The notes under the pieces: model-generated
Database searches by the model: none
Told to the model about the DNA's origin: nothing
The model's input: only the letters and a program-made list of their open reading frames with translations
Made by a program: the position numbers and the translations under genes
Source of the DNA: Azolla caroliniana
Lineage: Eukaryota; Plantae; Polypodiophyta
DNA length: 11,858 nucleotides
Reading direction: 5' to 3'
Assembly (NCBI GenBank): GCA_043228905.1
Contig: JBHGNT010001120.1
Location: 1-11,858, forward strand
Shown here: positions 1-6,427 of the stretch, one piece after another
Layout of the letters: each line of letters begins with the position of its first letter
How positions within the stretch are numbered: position 1 is the first letter of the stretch

Positions 1-586
1 ACTCATTGCTCCTTGTACGCATGTGGTTTTCTTCGACCAATAGCATTATTTGGAGCTCGAAGGAGGGAGATTTCTCCCTTGCTAGAACGGCGGTTCTCAT
101 CGCGCCGAACCGTGGTGCAAGGCCACTGAGGCATATTTGCACCATCTCATCATCATTGATACTCACGCTTATCGAGTCGAGCTAGTCGCAAATCTCCTTG
201 ATCTTCAAGGTGTATGTCGTGATGGACATGTCCATTTGTTGAATGTTGTTCAACTCTTGGTGGAGTTGAAGCCTTCTTGCGGTTATGTTCGCCGCGAAAA
301 TCTTTCGTACATTTTCCCATGCCTCCTTCGGCATCTTGGCTTCGCGAATGTAGCCGAGCATGTGATCGTGAACACATGTCGCCAAGAAATACATCACGCG
401 GCTTGCGGCTTGCTCCCATGTCGCGTATCTAGGAGCCGCTTCAACAGGTCGGTCTTCGTGCTCTCCTTTGATGTAGCTCCAATAGCCTTGTCCGACAACG
501 TATTGGTGCATCTTGTAATCCCAAGATGCGAAGTTGTTTCGATCCAACTTCTCGGTAGGGAGAGCGTTCCCCATTTGAGTATTCAT
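1..586 (-). pseudogene. gag: copia gag (N-terminus of gag-pol), disrupted
   Basis: ORF 182..586 (KLDRNNFASWDYKMHQY...GYWSYIKG...AKMPKEAWENVRKIFA...ITTYTLKIKEICD) has a typical copia gag pattern. Homology continues past the TAG at 182-184 (LDSISVSINDDEMVQICLSGLAPRF), with a frameshift near 60. Confidence 0.92.
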
Positions 587-724
587 TATGTCGATTCTTC
601 TTCTTCTTCTTCTCTCTTCGAATGCGAGCTATGTAGCGAAGCTACGATAGCAGTGAGCCGGTTCTTCTTGAACGTCGGCGTAGAGCTCAACACACATGGA
701 TGGGCTAGATGGAGCTACCAAACC

Positions 725-736
725 GCTCTGATACCA
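725..736 (-). other. Primer binding site, tRNA-iMet
   Basis: gctctgatacca is the reverse complement of TGGTATCAGAGC and lies directly against the LTR end. Confidence 0.95.
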
Positions 737-1129
737 TGTGAAGAATCAAGAGGTGGATTCTGTGCAACGGAATAGATATGAACTGTGTGTGTGTATGAGA
801 GAGAGAGTGAGTGAGAGAGAGAGACAAGGAGTAAAACACAGAGAATACGCAAGGTAAAGTATATTAGCAAAGGAGAAAGACTCAACACTTTACAAGGTGG
901 GAGGAGGGTGCTTTATATAGTCACCCTCTCTCTTCATTAACAACAAGACTCATGGAGCATGGGGAATGTGAAAGCTCATAAGTTATGTGTCATAGAATAT
1001 GATTCTATGACTCATACTAAATGCTAGAATACAAAGTGGTCACATAATGGTGACTCTTGACCGTTGGAGTGTCTATTCACTCTCAAGGTGAGTTCACACA
1101 CTAGACCAAGTTGAGCTTGATTCTCAACA
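737..1129 (-). repeat. 5' LTR of copia A (393 bp)
   Basis: Imperfect terminal inverted repeats tgtgaagaatcaag (737-750) and cttgattctcaaca (1116-1129). Minus-strand TATATAAA at 912-919. Confidence 0.92.
784..824. repeat. (TG)n/(GA)n microsatellite inside LTR A
   Basis: tgtgtgtgtgtatgagagagagagtgagtgagagagagaga. Confidence 0.85.
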
Positions 1130-2554
1130 TATGTCTCAACCGGCAGGCTTCATGGAGAGGGGGGAGCAAGGTCAAATCGTCTACAAGTTGAAGAAGAGCC
1201 TATATGGCCTCAAGAAACTGCCAAAAATGTGGTATTAGAAGTTTGATACTTACATCCGCTAGCTCAGTTACAATCGGTCGGACTCCAACCCATGCATGTA
1301 CATTTGGCAATTGGTTGACGAGTCCCGGATCTACCTGATCCTATATGTCGACGATATGTTGATTGCAGAGAGCAATCAAGTAGAAATCGGAAGACTAAAG
1401 CAGAGCCTTCACAATAAATTCTCGATGAACGAACTCGGACAAGCTTGACACATCTTGGGTATGAGGATCGAGTGAAATCGGATGACGAAGACTCTCCCGG
1501 CTCTCCCAATCTGATTATATTTGAAACGTGCTAAAAAGGTTTAACATGGAGAATGCTAAGCGAGAACCGACTCCGCTCCCAACGTCGACACGACTAACGG
1601 ACAAGAACTCCTTCGACCGACGAAGAAAGAAAGCTGATGAAAGTGGTACGTGATTTGGGTTTAGAACGTCGTGAGATAGTTCGGTTCCTATCTACCATTG
1701 GTTTGCCGAGAACTGTGAGAAGCATACCCTAGTACGAGAGGACTGGGTTGAGTCAACCTATGGTGTTCTGGTTGTTCAACATAACCAAGCAAGCGGTCGA
1801 GCTGGGAGGGTCGGGTCATTTGACGGCCGATTTCTTCTATTCAAGCTGCCTGCTAGAGAAAGGAGTGAGAATGAGGAGCCGGCCTTACCGCCGTGGCTAG
1901 GCCCACGGGTTGGTTCCTCCGGGCCCAAGGCCAGGGCCTTGGCGGGTTTACGGTGCGACAACAGGCGGCGGGCGCTGCCCACAGGGAGTATAATTTGCTT
2001 TCCCCCTCCCTCCAAGGGAAGTATCCTCTTTAACAACCAGCAGAGGTCAATGGAAAGATACCCTATGCATCAGCTATAGGAAGTATCATGTACGCAATGG
2101 TGGCGACCCGACCTAATCTTGCATATGCCATAGGGGTCATCAACCAGTACATGTCGAACATAGGAGGAAGCATTGGGAGGCAATCATGCACTGCTTCCGG
2201 TATTTGCGAGGAACTGAAGATGTATAACTAACTTTTGGATCAGCCAATCTGATAGAAGTCGAAGGCTATACAAACTCTGACTATGCTGGCAATCCAGACA
2301 ATCAGAAGTCGACATCATGCTATATATTCACCTATGGCAGTGGCACCATATCATGGAGGTTGAAATTGCAAGAGTGCATGACCCTATTGACCACAAAGGC
2401 CGAGTACATAGCCGCGTCGGAAGCAGCCAAGGAAGCAATCTGGTTGCGCCGACTGTTGGCCGATTTTTCAGCGACAAGCCGAATTGATCATCCAGCGCCG
2501 GCCATCTATTATGACTCACAAAGTGCAATACACCTCATTCGGAACCTAGTCTAT
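1130..2554 (+). pseudogene. pol: Older Ty1/copia (Tnt1/Tork-like) element B: reverse transcriptase-RNase H remnant, split by an insertion at ~1640-2048
   Basis: Manual translation: MSQPAGF (1131), KLKKSLYGLK, YVDDM (1344-1358), KRFNMENAK. After the insertion: KIPYASAIGSIMYAMVATRPNLAYA, KHWEA, SDYAG..KSTS, KAEYIAASEAAKEAIWL, DSQSAIHLIRNLVY. Several TAG/TGA stops and frameshifts. Confidence 0.95.
1640..2043 (+). rRNA. rrn26: Fragment of organellar LSU rRNA 3' region, plant mitochondrial 26S-like (probable NUMT; not a functional gene)
   Basis: aaagtggtacgtga.ttgggtttagaacgtcgtgaga.agttcggttcctatctacc, sarcin-ricin loop AGTACGAGAGGA (1731-1742), then ctgggttgagtcaacctatggtgt. As I recall, these variants fit plant mitochondrial rrn26 better than plastid or E. 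coli 23S. Recognisable rRNA covers 1640-1776; 1777-2031 is non-conserved. Confidence 0.88.
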
Positions 2555-3036
2555 TGTTATCCGTATAGGTGTACGGGAGGGTTAGGTGTAATGAGGAAGG
2601 TGGTGTGTGAGGTGTAATATGAAATGTGAATGTGTGAGTGTTAGGTGAGGTAAGTAGGTGTACCTACGTCCATTCGACTTTTTCTAAAGATCTTTTATTA
2701 TATAAATCCTCACTCATGGGGCATGAAAAAATGATATTAAGCTACTCTAAATTGTGTCTGTCTCGATTCTCTCTATCTCTCATTAGTTCTCTCTGTCCAT
2801 CTCATCTCTCCCTCTCTCTCCTCTCACACTCAGAACCCCCCTTGGGAGTGGCTCCACCCCCCACCCATAAACACATGGCACCCCCTACGGTCTACCACCC
2901 TTGAGGAGAAGTCTCTCTTTCCCTCATTGTTCCCCTATGTGTCTCTAGGTCTTCATCTTTATGTTGTGTGTGTTTGTGCCACTATTGCTTGTATGCAGGA
3001 GAAATTAATAAATTGCAAGAAACTAACAATCTAACA
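2555..3036 (+). repeat. 5' LTR of element C (right end 3028 or 3036, both TAACA)
   Basis: TGTTA...TAACA termini, TATATAAA at ~2699-2706, CT-rich tract, TG-rich tract, AATAAA at 3007-3012. The right end cannot be confirmed because the partner LTR is interrupted. Confidence 0.8.
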
Positions 3037-3626
3037 CCTTCTAAATCACTCCATCAAGAGGTTCATGACAGAGTTTGAAGGAAATGGCAACAGTAGCCAT
3101 AGCTAACCTATTCTGGAATCAAGTGGTGAAGTCACTTGTATATCTGGTTTTGTGCCAAGATCTGCCAATGATTCAAGTTTAGAGAAAAGAGGAATGCAGG
3201 TCATGAGCAAGGAAGATAAAGACGCATATGATCGATGTATAATGATGTATCAACAGAGTGCTTGTGCTCCATTAATGATCTTCTTTGATTCTCATGAAGG
3301 GTTTGTGGTGGAACCGGATAGTGAGATCAAGTATTTAACCATTGTAGCAGAGTATATAGGTGATGTAGATTATATAAGCAAACGTAAAAGAGTGGCAGAG
3401 ATGATAAAAGAGTGGCAGAGATGATAGAGTTAGCATTATTATGGGTTTACTCCTTCCAAATTTTCTAGATAAGGATCGGGTCATATGTCCTAATAAAAGA
3501 GGCCACATTGCTCTATTTGTATCAAGTATCATTAACCATACACCGGAAGGGAAGAAGAAACAAAACCTAAGGTGTATAAGGTTCAATATTGAAGAGAAAA
3601 CAAATGCTTTGTTTATTTCCATAGAC
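3037..3626 (+). pseudogene. ATXR5/6-like: ATXR5/ATXR6-like histone H3K27 monomethyltransferase, nSET/SET fragment; uninterrupted by introns, frameshifted, C-terminally truncated
   Basis: Joined frames give TPSRGS*QSLKEMATVAIA..SGEVTCISGFVPRSANDSSLEKRGMQVMSKEDKDAYDRC..CAPLMIFFDSHEGFVVEPDSEIKYLTIVAEYIGDVDYI..DDRVSIIMGLL..VICPNKRGHIALFVSSIINHTPEGKKKQNLRCIRFNIE. This is colinear with recalled ATXR6 motifs APRSAN..EKGGMQVLSKED, PPLMVVFD..EGFTVEAD, EYVGDVDY, VICPD.R.NIARFISGINNH..EGRKKQNLKCVRFNI. Confidence 0.92.
3385..3424 (+). repeat. Perfect 20-bp tandem duplication inside the SET fragment
   Basis: taaaagagtggcagagatga x2 (3385-3404, 3405-3424), located at the break between ORFs 3152..3424 and 3441..3665. 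Confidence 0.95.
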
Positions 3627-3639
3627 AACAAGAGTCAAA

Positions 3640-4590
3640 CGGACACAGAGTCGGCTGGTGGATAAAGACGACCAGCGGACTGAGTCAGCAGCCGGATGGC
3701 AGCAACTACCCATGCAGATGGTTCAGCAACCGACTAGCCGAGATGGCCAAAGTCCGGCCAGAAAGACACAACCGAACAGAGAGTCGGCCGAACAGATGAC
3801 CATGGCTAGCCGGCTAAGACCATCGGACAACGTCGGCATATAGCAACGGCCGAGAAACGTCGGCCAAGTGACAGCCGAGAAGCCAAGAGAGGGCCGAGAT
3901 GCGGCCGAAAAGCAATGGTCGAGAAGCACGAGAGAGAGCGGCCGAGCAGACGAGATTCGGCCCAGCCACGACCAAGAAGCCGAGAGTACAGCACGGCAAA
4001 GAAACAACCGAGATGTGGCCAGGACACAGCCGCGAGAGGGCCGAGAAGCCAAGAGACGGCCCAGTCATGGCCGAGAGTCAACCAAGCACGGCCCGAGAAG
4101 CCGAGAGTCGGCCCAAGCACGGCCCAGAAAGCGGTCGTGAACTATAAAATCGGTCAAGAAGCCGAGTGACGACCAATTCATAGCTGAGCGACGGCCACGA
4201 GATGGTCCAGCCATGGCCGAGAGGCTGAGATTCGGCCCAGCCACAGCTGAGAAAACGACCGAGAAGCCAAGAGTCGGCCAAGCCACGGCTGAGCGTCAGC
4301 CAATATATGGCCGAAAGCGACGGCCGAGCATCGAGAATAGGCCGAGAGACGGCCCAACCACAACCGAGGCCGAGAAGCTGAGATGCAACCAAATAGGAGC
4401 GGCCGAGGGACAATTGGCCAAGCACTAGCACAGCTGCAAGGACGGCCGAGAGCCAAGCGACGACAGCGAATGGCTACTACCAAGAAATGCGATGGCCGGA
4501 CAGACGACGGCGGCCGTCCAACAAAGGAATTTAGCAAAAAGGCCATGGACAGCCGACAAGCTGGCCGATGGACAGAAAATCGGAGCAGCC
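3640..4590 (+). repeat. Degenerate GC-rich short-motif repeat region in element C
   Basis: Many copies of (g)gccgag / gccaag / cggcc. Longer recurrences include ccgagaagccaagag (~3875, ~4042, ~4259) and gagattcggcccagccac (3952, 4227). Confidence 0.8.
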
Positions 4591-4594
4591 AACT

Positions 4595-5080
4595 GCCAAA
4601 AAGAAGGGGAAAATAAAAGTAAAAACAAAAGCAAACGAACAACAAGAAGAGGAAGAATGAGTTGGAGGAAGAATGAGTTGGAGTCATGGAAGATGCAGTG
4701 GTTGCTGCAAGCGGATGAAAACACAAAGACAAAAGAAACAAAGAACAACAACAACACACAACAAGAGAAGAAGGGAGGGAAAGTGAAGATGGAGCAGCAG
4801 AAAGAAGACGCCGAAGAAGAAAGGACCTACACAAAGAGACATATAGACATTCGATTGAGACTGTAGATGAGCAGAAGATGACTGTACCAAGAAAACTAAG
4901 GAACAAGAAAGAGAACAAAGCATTGTTTCTGTTGCAACAGAGATAGAAGAGATAGAGAAGGAGAAGAGAAAGAAGAAAGAAGAAAGAAAGAAAAGGGCAC
5001 AGAAGAAACCGAAACCTAAAAAGACGAAGAGAAAGGGAAAGGCATCACCACGAATTTTAGACGAAGGCACGACGAAAATT
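4595..5080 (+). repeat. Purine-rich (GAA/CAA) low-complexity tract
   Basis: Runs such as gagaagagaaagaagaaagaagaaagaaagaaaagg and aacaacaacaac. Confidence 0.75.
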
Positions 5081-5457
5081 TTAGAAAACCAAAGGATTGT
5101 AAATAAATTTCAAAAATATAAGGGCAGCTACTAGAATTTCAACAACTGAGGGGTACGAGATAGAATTTTGAAAAATTGATGGAACAAAAACTTATCACCA
5201 CTCACACCAATGTAGAAAAAATATATGTATACACTTCCACCCACAATCATTTTTAAACCCTGAACGACTTTATCACAATGGACCAGCCGATTGGTGTGTG
5301 ATCCAATCGTGCGTTATGCTGACCGAACGAGAAGGTTCGTGTTATGCCAGCTCCGATCGAAGTTATCGATCGTAGAGAAATGTTCCGGTCGAGGAATTTC
5401 CGACCGTCAAAAGAAGACCAATGGAGTTTCCGGTCAACGGGTTTTTGGCATGGGCTT

Positions 5458-5497
5458 GTGGGTACGACGTGCAATGCGATGTCCCACGGGCGTGCCA
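5458..5497 (-). other. tRNA-Arg(UCU)-type primer-binding motif, antisense to element C's TATA/coding strand, 2 nt from the 3' LTR
   Basis: Plus strand: GTGGG-TACGA-[13 nt]-GTCCCACGGGCGTGCCA-GG-TGTTA. Recalled plant tRNA-Arg(UCU) 3' end: GTGGGTTCGAGTCCCACCGGGCGTGCCA. Confidence 0.8.
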
Positions 5498-5499
5498 GG

Positions 5500-5825
5500 T
5501 GTTACCCATATAGGTGTACGGGAGGGTTAGGTGTAATGTGGAAGGTGGTGTGTGAGGTGTAATATGAAATGTGAATGTGTGAGTGTTAGGTGAGGTAAGT
5601 AGGTGTACCTACGTCCATTCGGCTTTTTCTAAAGATCTTCTATTATATAAATCCTCACTCATGGGGCATGAAAAAATGATATCGAAGTTACTCTAAATTG
5701 TGTCTGTCTCGATTCTCTCTCTCTCTCATTCGTTTTCTCTGTGCATCTCATCTCTCCCTCTCTCTCCTCTCACACTCGAACCCCCTTGGGAGGGGGGTGG
5801 AGCCGATCTTGGCTCCACCCCCCAC
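5500..5825 (+). repeat. 3' LTR of element C, left part (interrupted)
   Basis: Aligns to 2555-2864. TATATAAA at 5644-5651. Similarity stops after ggctccaccccccac. Confidence 0.9.
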
Positions 5826-5837
5826 GAACCGTTCTAT

Positions 5838-6311
5838 TGGAAACACCTTCGATATGCCTACAAGCTATCGGTATCAAGGGAAGTGTAACGTGAAGACTTG
5901 TGCATGGAGGCATCGTTAGGGGAAGGAAACAGAGAGTATACCCGGAATAGAGCCCGGGTCGTATACGTAGTTGAGACCTTAGAAACGGCGGCACACAGAT
6001 GAAAACAACAAGAGCTAATAGATATGTATTACTGCAAACAGTTATCGATGATTACAAAAAACACGGCCCACAGCCGGTGACCTTACAAAGCTCTTATACT
6101 ATGAAACGACCTTGCCTAGGCTCTCGATATCTCCCTCTTTCTCCGAGGTACGCAGACCTCGGTTTATATACTTTTTCTTCATATAGAGCCGAGCGCTCGG
6201 CTGACTGTGAGGCTCGAAACTCGGCGTTTACCTAACTCTACCTTACCTACTCGCCTTACCTACCGGCGTATTGCATTTAACTAATTTTATATTTTTGGCC
6301 TATGGACAACA
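5838..6311 (-). repeat. 3' LTR of element D (~474 bp)
   Basis: Minus strand starts TGTTGTCC (6311) and probably ends TTTCCA (5838). Minus-strand TATATAAA at 6163-6170. TAGGTAAG-type motifs upstream of the TATA, as in LTR C. Confidence 0.75.
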
Positions 6312-6313
6312 CC

Positions 6314-6353
6314 TGGCACGCCCGTGGGACAGGACTTTGTCCGTCGGACCCAC
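6314..6353 (+). other. tRNA-Arg(UCU)-type primer-binding motif, antisense to pol, 2 nt from the 3' LTR
   Basis: caaca-cc-TGGCACGCCCGTGGGAC-aggactttgtccg-TCGGACCCAC. The 17-nt core is the exact reverse complement of 5481-5497. Confidence 0.82.
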
Positions 6354-6427
6354 GGTTTACCATGGATTTGGCAAAACAACACGAATTACAAAAATTGCCC
6401 GTTCCTACGAGGGCTTATAGGTTGGTT

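Larger units (their letters stand above)
1..1129 (-). mobile_element. Ty1/copia LTR retrotransposon A, 5' part (5' LTR, PBS, gag); continues beyond the left edge
   Basis: Minus strand reads LTR (TG...CA), then TGGTATCAGAGC PBS, short leader, copia-type gag. Its end abuts the 'YMSQP' codons of an older copia RT. The expected 5-bp TSD is TATGT (1130-1134); the partner copy is outside the window. Confidence 0.95.
2555..5825 (+). mobile_element. Non-autonomous LTR retrotransposon C (no gag/pol) carrying a captured ATXR5/6-like fragment; 3' LTR interrupted by element D
   Basis: Two direct repeats starting TGTTA at 2555 and 5500, roughly 95-96% identical over ~290 bp by manual count. Inserted in the RNase H of copia B after 'NLVY'. 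Orientation is taken from TATATAAA and the sense of the captured ORF. Confidence 0.88.

Noticed and set aside
137-775. 212-aa plus-strand ORF
   Set aside because: Antisense shadow of copia gag running across the PBS into the LTR; no recognisable domain.
1640-1776. Functional rRNA gene, or bacterial origin of the window
   Set aside because: Only ~140 nt of conserved LSU rRNA with substitutions, embedded in plant retrotransposon sequence.
1776-2036. 86-aa minus-strand ORF in the insert
   Set aside because: Lies in GC-rich structured non-coding sequence; no homing-endonuclease or other motif.
2638-2904. ORFs inside LTR C copies (also 5698..5994)
   Set aside because: Products of CT/GT-rich LTR sequence; the reading frames are not preserved between the two LTRs.
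3037-3091. Extending LTR C to ggcaaca (3091) through a ccttc...gaagg hairpin
   Set aside because: This stretch translates as ATXR5/6-like TPSR..LKEMA, so it is cargo rather than LTR.
3640-4590. CRISPR-like array
   Set aside because: Repeats are short, degenerate and irregularly spaced, without unique spacers; eukaryotic context.
3658-5070. Many overlapping ORFs, including a 246-aa hydrophobic one
   Set aside because: Expected from stop-poor repeats and purine/pyrimidine tracts on both strands; no domain.
5458-5497. A real tRNA gene (also 6314-6353)
   Set aside because: Only T-arm and acceptor 3' strand similarity; no D-arm or anticodon arm, and CCA is encoded.
5833-5837. TCTAT as the right-hand TSD of element C
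   Set aside because: Not preceded by an LTR end (CA), and copia B RNase H does not resume after it.
5678-5856. Tf1-style self-priming via GATATCGAAG pairing with ccttcgatat (5846-5855)
   Set aside because: The complementary site is inside LTR D, a different element. The match at C's own PBS position is only 9 of 11, so the idea is not supportable.
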